Assembly: GCA_000934665.2 (NCBI GenBank)
Contig: KZ538364.1
Coordinates: 1 to 64,000, forward strand
Direction of reading: 5' to 3'
DNA: 64,000 nucleotides
From: Catajapyx aquilonaris
Lineage: Eukaryota
A program made the translations under genes and the position numbers. This document shows, one piece after another, positions 11,687-64,000 of this stretch. Below the pieces are notes generated by a model. It searched no databases and was not told the DNA's origin. It saw only the letters and a list, made by a program, of their open reading frames with translations. Each line of letters begins with the position of its first letter. Within the stretch, counting starts at the first letter, position 1.

Positions 11687-12610
11687 GAAGGAAAATTATT
11701 GCTTTTCTGTCACTTTTCCAGTCAAATCAGGGTTTTTCGTCCAGGCCTATACAGCCTGTATACAGCCCTTCATTTGTGACCTGGATTGCTTTTATTCCCT
11801 CAGGATGAGAGAGTCCTGATCAAGAATGTGCTGGACCTGCTGAACCGCTTGCAAGCCCAGGCCACTGACATGGTCGGGAGCAACAGGGCCATCAATGACC
11901 GCATGATGAAAGTCTGGAGTGACAAAGTGGAAGCGCTGGACATGGAGGTGCAGGCGAAGAACCTGGCCGACTGCACCCCGACCAACGTGAACCACCATGG
12001 AGTGGCCAGGTTCCAGGAGTGGGAGTCCACTCCAGCCACCCTGGAGGAGTTCAACCAGATGAACATGTGCGAGATGACAGCCCAGTACAACGCATCGGTC
12101 AGGCTGCGGTCCACGGTGGACCGCACCCTCCAAGACTGCGCAGACCAGCTCCTCTCCAAGATGGCCCAGGTCAACACCTCCATCTCGCAGAGGATGTACG
12201 AAGTCGGGGTGGCCCTGAAGGAGCTGGAGGTGAAACTCCGCACGCACCTGCAGTTCATGGCGGACACTGAGAAGATGATTGGCAAGGTGAAGCAGGCCAT
12301 CTTGAACCTGAACGGACCCATGAAGAAGACCCAGACCAGGCTGTTCCTGCGGGCCGTGAGACCAGGGATGGAGCTGTGCAGAGACCAGGCTCAATACAAG
12401 CTGATAGAGCAGGTTGGGGAGATCAATCAGTCGGTGACTGAGCTGGAGGACATGTTGAGGGCAATTCAGGAGTCGCTGGACAGACTGCACGAGACGAGGC
12501 TGGACCTGGATGACGACATATCCAAGAAGAGGAGCACCCTGGAGCTGCTGCAGAGGTGCAGTAAAGCCATGTCGCCATACCCCGCTATGGAGAAGTTGCT
12601 GGGATACTGA
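9725..12610 (+). CDS. Tektin (tektin-3/4/5-like), ~604 aa
   Basis: Exons 9725-9727 (ATG|gtaagt), 9928-10532, 10954-11353, 11804-12610 splice in frame. Tektin signature RPGMELCRD (cf. RPNVELCRD), RYSPAEW, RRDIELVKD, coiled-coil composition and C-terminal LLGY. Confidence 0.9.
10630..10849. mobile_element. MITE family A (long TIRs, TA-flanked), in a tektin intron
   Basis: ctgacgtccgctggaa...ccgtaactcaa pairs with ttgagttacgg...ttccagcggacggcag. Near-identical copy at 24569-24791 and a variant at 24260-24485. Confidence 0.85.
11608..11686. repeat. (AAT)n microsatellite in tektin intron
   Basis: Direct reading. Confidence 0.95.
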
Positions 12611-12965
12611 TCAATTAAGTTCAATTCCTGCAAGGAATCCAGATCAGATTTTTTTTTAAGTATCATTTTATACAAAGTGATTTTTACAATTAGCTTTGCT
12701 TGTTTTTTTATTAAACTGAGTGATTGTACGCTTGTTGGAAAGGTAATAAAGAATGAATAGTGCACTTAATATCTTATGCATCAGATCAATCAAGAAAATC
12801 CTTCTGGATGTGGTAGTGTGACGATGGTTTTGTGATTTCATGAAATATCAAACTTTATTAATTCATTCAGCTGTATTGTGTATCACCCTGTCTGTGTTGC
12901 AAAATTATATGCTGGGAACATTAACGCAATGGTTGCTATGCCATCATAGTTCTCTCATTGCTGTT

Positions 12966-13977
12966 TCAGTTAACGCAACAGTTGTACCAGAAAATATCTT
13001 CCTCTTCGTCGTCACTATATTCATCTTCTTCACTATCTTCCTCTTCTTCAATATCTTCCTCTTCTTCAATAACTTCATGTATGGTACTCTATGCATTCAA
13101 TCTCCAGGCCTTTCCTAGTGGCAGATAGCTGCTGGAGTTCAGATGGACTCAAGGCCAGATCGGTGTTACGTGGCTGGAAGGTGAGGAAACTGAGTCTGCT
13201 GCATCTATGAGCCACCTCCATCAGTCCAGTGAAGCTGACATTGGTCAACTTCAAGGTGAGGCTGACCAGTGAGGGGCAGTTGTACGACATCATTCGGATA
13301 TGATCATCATCTACCTAGGAAACCAAAAAACCACAGGAAGAGTATCTCCAGGTGAGGGAACCATAACTGTCCAAACAGGGAGGTCAGGGCATTATGGGTT
13401 GGATACTTCGGCACAGTTGTAGGTTTAGCTATAATGTGCAGCTCACGAAGGTCCTTAAGTGACTGGACACCAACTGTCAAGAACTTGTCTGTCATGTGGT
13501 TCCAAAATTATTGCACTCCGAGAATCTCGAGATGCTCCTTTGACAATGCCAGCAATGTCCCTTCTTCCTCTCCAGTGCACTTCAAATACAGTTCACGAAG
13601 CTTACCATTTGAGGCCTCCATCAACGCTGTGAGTGTAGAATCACAGCCAACCGAGGAGGAGATAGAGGCCAGGGGGTGAGGTTGGCAAACGTTGAAGCGG
13701 TACTCATTGGCGGAAATTTGCGATTGTAGCATAATTTAAATTCACGCAACTGCTCGCATCCTGACAACAGCTCCACAAGGTTCCCGATGGTGCCCTCAGG
13801 GAAGTGACATGACCCAAACTGGACTCCACGCAGGTTAGGAAAACTCCAGCCAATTATCTCCATGGTGTTGACTTTCAAGATGTTGACTCCTATCGCAACC
13901 AACTCTTGTGGGCACACCAGATATGAGAATATACGGAGCTTCACTTCAGCAGAAAGCTTTGAGAAATGGCATGCCAT
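12966..13977 (-). pseudogene. F-box/leucine-rich-repeat protein pseudogene with acidic tail
   Basis: N-terminus FSKLSAEVKLRIFSYL is F-box-like, followed by LRR-like segments (FPNLRGVQF, LRELYLKC, LKDLRELHI, CPSLVSLTL). The coding sequence is split across ORFs 13621-13977, 13508-13732, 13307-13495 and 13075-13293, plus an E/D-rich tail (EEEEDIEEEEDSEEDEYSDDEEED) in another frame ending at 12966. This implies at least 3 frameshifts and 1 in-frame stop. Confidence 0.7.
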
Positions 13978-14159
13978 CCTGATGGCAACCTAAAAATAAT
14001 AATCAATTGCAATAGTGTTCCATCGGTTCCATGCATGCCTCAATGCCAATTACACACATATGGATGGTTGCATATTAGTATATGAATAATGCAGATCATA
14101 TTATTCAGTACAACTTCAGTGAAAATGAAGCAGCAGCGTTCACCCATGCATATCAATTC

Positions 14160-14340
14160 ATGTCAATTGTGGTCTATGTTTCTCTCATACCAATTGTTGT
14201 CTATTTTTCTCTCATATCAATTGTTGTCTATTTTTCTCTCATATCAATTGTTGTCTATTTTTCTCTCATATCAATTGTTGTCTATTTTTCTCTCATATCA
14301 ATAATATTGTGGTCTATTTTCCTCTCATGGTCTATTTTTC
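14160..14340. repeat. 27-bp tandem repeat (tcaattgttgtctatttttctctcata)n, ~5-6 copies
   Basis: Direct reading; it explains the repetitive ORFs 14082 and 14089. Confidence 0.9.
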
Positions 14341-14779
14341 ATTCGTACTTGATTTATTCACAATTTCCTTATTATTTTTAGTTACAATGCATTTGAAGTG
14401 GAGCGTGCCCTCCAAATATAACCAATGGTCCCATAACCAGTAAAATTAATTCAATAAATACATAAATAATATATTAATTTATTTACCTCTCTCACCACCA
14501 GCAGTGCTTCTAGTCTGTTGTGGTACAGAGCTACTTGAAAGATGAATGGTGCAGGCTCTAGTGCAGACCAGTAGCTAAAGTTGAATCTATGTGCATCAGC
14601 CGACTAGAGTACATGAAAATTACATAAAATAGTACACGAATAGTACGTAGAATAGTTTATAATAGAACAATGAATAGAACTCCTCTGCACGAAGGTGTTC
14701 GATTCTAGTTTGTTCGGCTTCCGCTCGATGGCTTCATCAGGCTAGCCAATCGTCTCCATATTAACAAAACATGTAAGTT

Positions 14780-15050
14780 ATTAATTAGTAAAATATTTTA
14801 CACAAATAATTCGCATTACAATATTTTACCACTATAATTACCACTAATGATCAAATTCTCGTTCAGGGTAGCCAACATGACCGGCCGCCATCTTGAAACG
14901 TTGGCACTAATTTTTTTTTTAACGCCGAATAGAACGTGTTTGTTTACGTTCAGTACTTTTGTTTGTTTCATGCGCTGAGTAATTGCGGCCGTAATTGCTG
15001 TGTGTACACTCCTAACTACACTTCCAGGCTTGATACGACTCTTCGAGAAG
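14780..15050. promoter_or_regulatory. Probable divergent promoter between the F-box pseudogene and GGCX, with a YY1/Pho-type motif
   Basis: GCCGCCATCTTG at 14884-14895 matches the YY1/Pleiohomeotic consensus. Candidate GGCX 5'UTR donor gaag|gtatga at 15050/15051 and acceptor tag| at 15193. The genes are head-to-head. Confidence 0.45.
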
Positions 15051-15199
15051 GTATGAGTTGGAATTAACAAGTAATTAATTGCGAATTAAGTAGGAATCCG
15101 CTCAATAGTGCGTTCCATTTTTGTTATTGTGTAAAATTTCGCTTTGTTATAAATTACCTGCAGCGGAAATACTAGGAACATTACTGTTAATAGGTGAAG

Positions 15200-18100
15200 A
15201 TGTCATCTCGTAAGAGGCGAGGTCGTCAGACCAACACCCAGCAGCAGTCTCAGGCTAACGGGCAACACCTTGAGAAGTCACCTCGGGTCACCGGAGGTCA
15301 CAGTAAGGGCAAGAAAGGTGGGGGCCACCACAACAACGTGGCGCACACCGTGTCGGCGCAAGGGGATCACAAGAGTGGTAAGAATGCGTCCAAGAAGAGC
15401 AAAGGGCAGAAGTCCGCAGCTCCGTCGAAGGCCGAGCCCATGTTCGGGTTCACCTTGGATGACCTCAAGTCCTGGGACGGAATCTGCACCTTGCTGTACC
15501 GACCTGCCGACCCGTCATCGCTTGGGATCTTACGATTCCTCTTTGGTATTGAAGTCATTATCCATTGAACCAGATATGCCTGAATTATTATTATTTTTTT
15601 GTCTAATTTTTAAAATACATATTCCAATGAGCAAATGAAAAACTAACACAATTACTTAAAATGTAACATCTGCACAGCGTTGGATATTAATCGAGTCATA
15701 CTGTGTAATGGTTAATAAAATGGGTATGACTCTTTATTTTTTTAAATGATGAAATGAAAAGCTTACACAATAACTAAGTAGCATCTGCATAATTGTTCAA
15801 GGTTTATAATTTATTACAATAATTACTGTATAATTTTATATACAGGATGGTCCAAGTTCAAGTGTCGTTTTATAACGGCGATTAATAGAAGTGCTTAACG
15901 ATGATGTAGCAGCGACGTGTAAAATTGCCCACTTCGATTGCGCCGAAGATGCGCCGAAGTGGGACATTTTACGCGTCGCTGCTACGTCATCGCAAAATCA
16001 CTGCTATTAATCGCCGTTATAAAACGACACTTGAACTTGGACCACCCTGTATATGTTTCTGAATTCTATTTACTCATTTTTAAAGTCTGATTTTGTAAAC
16101 GTTGAGGTGTCAGCACACTCTTTGACAAATCAGGCGGTGGGTTCATCAAATGGAAGTCAAATTTTCGTCGTAACTATAGTTAACTAACTATGGTTACTAC
16201 CGGTTACGATGAAACGACATTTGACGAATCCTCCCCCTTAGGTTTAATGAGCAATTATTTTGAGTAAAAAGTTGCAACACGTCTGATCATTGTTTATTCT
16301 CTCAACAACTAGGCCTTCTGATGGTACTGGACATCCCGCAAGAGCGTGGCCTGGGCAATGCTGATTTGAAGTGGGGCAACCCGAAGGACTGCCACTTTCC
16401 GCTCTTTGATTTCCTGCAGCCTATGGGACTCGAGTGGATGTGCCTCCTCTACTTGTGCATGTGGATTGGTAATGTTGCTTACGTGATGCGGTAATGAACA
16501 TGGGGAAAAAACTCATGAATGTTTTAAATTCCAGGTGCGATCGGCATAATGCTTGGATTCATGTTCCGCGTGAGCTGCACCATGTTCTTGGTTCCATACT
16601 GGTACATGCTGCTCCTGGACAAGTCAAGCTGGAACAACCACTCTTATCTCTACGGGCTGGTTGCCGTCATCCTCTGTGCGTCCAGAGCCAATCATTACTG
16701 GTCAGGAACTGTTCGCAACTGCAAGAGTGGTGTTTTAAGCATGCTTCTTTTTTTTTTTGTAGTTCTGTTATTAATTTTTTGCTCTCTTTTTTTCTGCCTG
16801 CTGTTTTACTCCAGGCCTGTTTTGAGTTGTGCTGATCGCTGGCCGAGTATGTATTCTGGTTTTGATTTCTTTGCTAGTTTTTGTTTTATTTGACGTTGCA
16901 GGGTGATTCAAAAGCCTTTTTGTCAGTTTTAGAAAAAGAAATTTTTGAATCATCCTTCACTTGATGTATGGTAGATCCGATTGCTAGTAGTAACCTATTG
17001 TGCTTTTTTACAAGTTAATTTTCTGTATGGACGTGCCACACTTTTCTGTGAAGTGGTTTGGACATATTTTTTTCCAAATTTGTATAGTTATAGGCCGCCG
17101 TGTTTACATGTGAGCGATTTGGTCAATGACGTGCAGCGACAAGCATCGCTGAGCCATGAAAGCAATTGTTTGGGAGCGAAACAGGATTGTTACTTTAGTC
17201 CAAAACAACTCAGCTAATTGCTCACATGTAAACGCAGCCTTACTGTTTTACTCACAGTAGTTTTGCAAAAGTAATACGAAGTTATCTCGGGTACTTGTCC
17301 TTAGAATTTTTTTGACACTTTCACATTTATGTACTTGTCTGTGCAACATCAGCAAATTGCTGAGTGTCCTCAAAATTTCCAGTGCTACGGATATGAGCTA
17401 ATCTTTCTTCCATGTGACATGTCGTGTCGAAAATCTGCCCTTTTTTGACGTCTCCCATTTCTTAGGTCGATTGATGGTGTCCTGAAGCCGTCCCTCTCGA
17501 ACTCGCACGTCCCTCTCTGGAACTACGCCTTGCTGCGGTTCCAGTTTTTCCTGATGTACTTTGTGGCCGGACTTAAGAAGCTGGACTGGGACTGGGTCAG
17601 CGGCTACTCCATGACCCACCTTGGCCAACACTGGGTGTTTGACCCACTCAAGTAAGTGCGGATTGCTCTCCACAAAAAGGCAAACATGCTAATGTCGTTC
17701 TTCCCAAAGGGTCATCCTGACTCCTGCGCAAATCGATCTCTGGGTGGTCCACTTTGGCGGCCTCCTCCTGGACTTGACTGTTGGCTTCTGGCTGCTCTGG
17801 GGCAGGTCGCGACCCTGGGCCATGGTGGCATGCGGCGCTTTCCACCTGGCCAACGCCCAGCTGTTCACCATCGGAATGTTTCCATACATGTGCCTGGCCA
17901 CCATGCCCATTTTCTGCAGACCCGACTGGCCCAAGAGGGTGCTTCTCGGCGGGAGGATTTCAAGAATGCTGCACAGTTGGATGCCAATGCACCAAGAGGC
18001 TCATGCTAGTCACAGTTGCTGTATTTACGGCGGAAGAGGCGGCGGCGGGGCCAGGGGAGGGAAGCAAGGTGAGGATCTGATGGGTATGAATGCGATAGTT

Positions 18101-19536
18101 TATTACAAACGTGATATCCGCAGGCAAGAACCAGAGCAACGGTACAGGCAAGAAGGGAGCCGATACGAAGAGAGGCGGTGGATCAGGCAATTCCAGCCCA
18201 GTCAGGTGGACCCACCGACTGGCGTCCATCCTCCTCGGTTTCTACGTGGTCGTGCAGTGCTTCCTGCCTTACTCACATTTTATCACCAAGGTAATAATAC
18301 GAGAAATTGTAGCAATTTATCCACTTGTAACGGCTCATGTTTTCGCAGGGATACAACAATTGGACTAATGGTCTGTACGGCTACTCCTGGGACATGATGG
18401 TGCACAACTGGCTTACCCTTCATGCCGAGGTCACCGTGAAGGACAAGGAGACTGGGGAGCTCCATTTTGTCGACCCAGAGGTCAGTGATGGTTACGTCAT
18501 GTTATGAGAAACTTGTTCCTAATCCTTTTCATGGCAGGTTTGGGTCCAGTCCGAGCGATGGAACAGCCACGCGGATATGGCAGTCCAGTATGCGCATTGC
18601 CTTGAGCGAAACCTGGTCCACTTCAACCTGTCCCGGACGGAGGTGTACGTGGACGTGTGGAAGTCTCTCAACGGGCGGTTCCAGCAGCGGGTGTTCGACC
18701 CCCGAGTGGATCTTCTCACGACGGAATGGTCCCCGTTCAAGAGGCCCGAGTGGCTCATGCCCCTGCTGACACACTTGAGCTCCTGGAGAGAGCGGTTCAA
18801 GGAGGTGGAGGACAGGCTGCTCCAGACGGACGGGAACAAGCCTAACCCGGACGTGGTGTTCGTAGCAGACTTTCCGGGATTGAGTCTGGAGAACTTCATA
18901 AGCAAGGAGCTGGCCAACGTCACAGTCGAGGCGCTTGAGGGGAAGGTGGTGGTGCAGCTTGGAAACGGCACCAACACCACCCTACTGCCAGGGCAGAAAA
19001 CGGAGGTGAGATTAACCTTAAAGCCGCGATTCGCTCAGCATTGCCCCCAAACAACTGCTTTCGTTGCTCAGCGATGCTCATCGCTGCAAATTGCTCACGT
19101 GTAACATGTGGAAGTCACGTAAATTGCAATAACATTAATTTTGAATAATGCTGCGGACTTAGTGCTTGTAAATATGAATCAATGGCACGTTCTCGCTTCC
19201 TTTTCCGATCCTGTCACTTCTGCTGTCTGGCCGACGATGCAGGTCTTTCCCGGAGAGTTCCACCATGTCCACACCGTGTCCGAGGACCCTTCGTGCTACA
19301 TGTACGTGTACTACAACGCGACTGCTCTGGCCCAAGCTCAGGAAGGTGTCGATCCGACACAGCCTGCGACCCACTCCTCCCCAGTGCACGACATGATCCT
19401 CTTCATCTACGAAAAGGCCCGTCTCTTTGAGCGCAGCCTGTGGTTTGTGGTGAACTCGGTGCTCAACCTCACCCTTTCCGTTCCAATGGTGAAGAGACTG
19501 CCAGTCAAGGGAGATGCGCAAGGACTCAAGGACTGA
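15200..19536 (+). CDS. GGCX: Vitamin K-dependent gamma-glutamyl carboxylase, ~757 aa, 9 coding exons
   Basis: Exons 15200-15545, 16313-16468, 16535-16700, 17466-17651, 17710-18068, 18124-18290, 18349-18480, 18538-19005, 19243-19536 splice in frame (2274 nt). Diagnostic motifs: [50 protein letters not shown] (catalytic Lys motif), [53 protein letters not shown]. Confidence 0.97.
15843..16049. mobile_element. Tc1/mariner-type MITE family B (CAGGGTG-type ends, TA flanks) in GGCX intron 1
   Basis: Almost fully palindromic; ta|caggatggtccaagttcaagtgtcg...cgacacttgaacttggaccaccctg|ta. Second copy at 42213-42405. Confidence 0.85.
17093..17241. mobile_element. Small inverted-repeat element in a GGCX intron
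   Basis: gtttacatgtgagc (~17102) pairs with gctcacatgtaaac (~17220); related remnant at ~19020-19105. Confidence 0.55.
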
Positions 19537-22320
19537 TAGCTGGGATCGTCCTGGTCGACCTTTTTTTTTGTAGCCCCCTTCCCGCATCTCCTTTCTCCCC
19601 AACCCCCACCCGAAAAGGTATAGTTAGAGTCGTATTGTTGATACGAGCGACGAGTTTCGGCAAACGGAAGTCCATTTGTACGTATTTAGAGATTATAAGC
19701 ACAAGCCATTGATTTAAAAAAAAAAAGGATTTGTACAATTGGCCTTTTTCATATCGGATGAAAGTAACGTTGATTCCAAGAAAGCCTCCCGGACATTGTT
19801 GCCGCTCTGGTGCTTATTATAATTAGCAGGAAATAGAGTAACAGAAGGCTTTGTTTCCATATGATTACACGATTGAGCAATGTGATAACTATTGGATTAT
19901 GACCGGGCAGGGTCGGATCTGCCTTTTTTTGCACATTTTTAAAGCTCTCGTAGCGCGAGTGGCGCTTGGAATGAACTTGACTCTCTTCACATATAATAAG
20001 TAGTGGTGAGGAACGTAAATGACGTACATTTTTTGGGCAGCTTAGATGAGAAGCCCTTTGTAAAACCCAGAGCTCGTACCCTTTCCGTTTATTCCTATTT
20101 GTTGAGTGGTTCTAGTCCCGCATTTATTTAAAAAAAATATGGTTTTTTTGAGGCCTGTGGGATTGTTGAAAGACGTGGTGTTGATCTCATGAAAAATCCG
20201 TTCTCATTTCACATGCATCTCTTTTTAAAAAAAATTTTTAAGGCATTTCGGATAAACCGGAAAATGGCAGGGCTAACTTATGATTTACGGACTTTCACTT
20301 ATGCTTCCACCCCATGCGCTTGTGCGTACTTTTTTTTTTTTGAAAACGCTGTGTGTCTTGTCATTCCTGAAATCCTCATTAACGTCGTAAGTCTGACCAT
20401 GAGATGTTGTGAATATGAGAAAGCGGACCAAGTCGTTGTGGGAATTTGTTCTTTTCTTTTTTTTTGGATACCCATTTTGTATGTGTACCGTTTTTTTTAT
20501 TATTATTTATTTGTGAGAATCTTTTTACAACTGATGGAGTGAAAAAAAAAGAAGTTGTGCCTATGAAAATGTTCCCAGTCGAAGAAGGAAAAAACCCAAG
20601 GAGCGGACTATTTAAAAAGTGATTCGAAGGTTAATGTGTTACTTAAGTGTTACTTAAATGTTGATGTAGGTGGGATAGTCGGCACCAAATTTTTTTTTTA
20701 AAGTTCTGGGTAAGCCACCCTTCCCAAAATAAAAAATGTAACATGGCAACAGTCGAATAGATAAGTACAAACAGTTTGATTTGCAAGAGTACGATTATTA
20801 TCTTTGGTTTTTGATTCTAATGAACAGCAGTTTTTCAGTCGAGGTTGACACTGGAAAGTCGTAGGTCTTGTGTAACGGTGGTTTAGACTATCTTACTACA
20901 TGATAATTGTAACTTAAATGTTGTCATTAATAAAAACTTCTTACAGCACCCTTCTTTCAATGTTTTTTTTTTTGGATGCGGGAGGAACTCCAGTTAGAGG
21001 TTCAGTTTGTAAATAAGCACGACTAAAACTGAGGCTACAGTTGGTATTATGTATTATACACAACCATTTTTTCTTCCATATACTCGATTCAGTCACGACA
21101 TTTAAAACAACAGTTATGTCCTGCAGGCGACACAATTTTTTAATTTATTTTTTTTGCAGGCTTCTATCGTAACAACAATAAGATAAATGTAATTAGTGAG
21201 TATTGAGCATTGACACTTCAATGAGTTGTGGGACATGACATTTCCCAATTATTCGGATTGGTCCCAATTTTAATTTCCTCTTCCGTTCAGCTACGTCGTC
21301 GTTATTTTTTAAATTGTTAATTATTGTTGTTTCCATCAGGCATATTACAACCAGTAGGAAAATACAATTATCAAAAACTCTCTCGGGGGTGATTGTGTTT
21401 GTTTTTTTTTTTTTTTCTTCCAAAATACTATCTTGTATTAGGTCCTTGTATTTTTTAGTAGTACATGTAGGTGCTTTACAAACCATTACAGTAAACTACA
21501 GGAGGAATACTACGCAGGGTACTCCTTCAAATATTGTTGTGTAGCATCTGAATTATTATTATTAATATTTTTTTCTCACAGAATATCTAGCGTTATAATG
21601 TACATTTTTTTGACAACCATTTACAATATATCGGTATACATATTTATTTTTTTTGCAGTTTGCTATTGTCCTTCGGATTTTTGATCTTTTTCGCAAGGGC
21701 AGTAGTTGCACTTGTGTCGACGCAGGGTTAATTAAGTTACTTAAATAATTTGCATGACAGAAAGCACATGTTTCATGTTGCGTGAAAATTGACTGTGCAA
21801 ATTAACTTATGGGAAAGCTGCTTTGCAAAAATGACAGTTGGAGAAGAAAAATGTGCCCTGCCAAATATTGTGTAGAATATATAGTTAATGTTGAAGAGAA
21901 ATATTAGTGAAACGATGCTTCATGCAGACAAAGAAAACAACCAGAAGAGATTACAAGTTACGAACATTACATACCGACTTAATGCAGACAATTGCAATAT
22001 GGAGCCATTAGATTTTTTCCGCAACTCGTCATATTGCAGTTACCCACACTTAAGACATCTTTACTGTGCACATAGATCAGCGGCATTTTGATAACACTGG
22101 AAATTCGCTAAACCTCTTCCAGTATAATCACTCGTAAATACTCATACCATATCTAATGCTAGAAGAAGGAATTTTTTTCTGCTGCGATTGATTTTTTTTT
22201 AATGCAGAAGAAACATTGATTTTGTTTGCTTCCAGATGGACTCGGAATGATTTTTTTTTGGTGAGGGAAGCAAATGGACGTCTGATCATTACGTTTAAAG
22301 CTTACAATCCAAGTTGTTAT

Positions 22321-63536
<41,216 letters not shown>

Positions 63537-64000
63537 TGCTCAAACCGCCTTACTCATCGCCCTGGGAAAAGAGAAACAATGATACAGCACATGCTACTCC
63601 ACTAGACTGTTTTTAACGAACACAACTGAGTGCGCATCACAGTTCGCGCATTGTGCACGGTTGGCATTATCAATTATAGCTCCGTTGACATGTGATGATT
63701 GTACGCTGGGAACCGTTGTCCTCCTAAAAACCTATACAGGTTATAACGGGGTAAATTAAAGAAATATAGCTCTGTATTAGTAGGTGCATTGCGCTGCACT
63801 TATTTCCAACGCTACTCTTGGAGGGAAACAAAATGGCTGACGTTTACGACGTTCCCAAAGCTGTAAGCTATAACGAACCTCATCAGAGGCTACGGGTGTG
63901 AATTATTTTATGGCCCCATGGGAGTAACTCTGGCAACGTTGTTATCAGAACACTGGAGCTGCGCTAGTGTGGGTGCGCACTCGTCATCATTTAACCAGCT

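Noticed and set aside
11792..12490. Long antisense ORFs (232 aa, 173 aa) over the tektin last exon
   Set aside because: Shadow ORFs expected from GC3-rich codon usage; no recognisable motifs.
14160..14340. CRISPR-like array (also 33090-33360 and 48810-49730)
   Set aside because: Head-to-tail tandem repeats without unique spacers, eukaryotic context, no cas genes.
4791..19536. Functional cluster in which the secreted cadherins are GGCX substrates
   Set aside because: No Gla domain or propeptide-like sequence is visible, and adjacency in a eukaryotic genome is not evidence.

Overview
Eukaryotic (intron-containing, AT-rich) genomic DNA, most likely from an arthropod, judged from (TTAGG)n tracts, a SIFamide-type receptor and short GT-AG introns of about 55-70 nt. 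The first 20 kb is gene-dense. It holds an ankyrin-repeat gene with two frameshifted exons (+), a tandem pair of small secreted cadherin-domain genes (-), a tektin (+), a decayed F-box/LRR pseudogene (-) and a complete 9-exon vitamin K-dependent gamma-glutamyl carboxylase (GGCX, +). The remaining 44 kb is one minus-strand SIFamide-receptor-like GPCR locus whose introns are packed with MITEs, a tRNA-derived SINE, satellites and palindromes. The most notable observation is that this receptor has two different N-terminus/TM1-TM2 coding exons (63146-63536 and 53027-53363). Both end in a phase-1 donor, and both join in frame to the only visible set of TM3-TM7 exons. All exon boundaries were read by eye from GT/AG signals and frame continuity. 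Family assignments come from recalled motifs, not from database searches.
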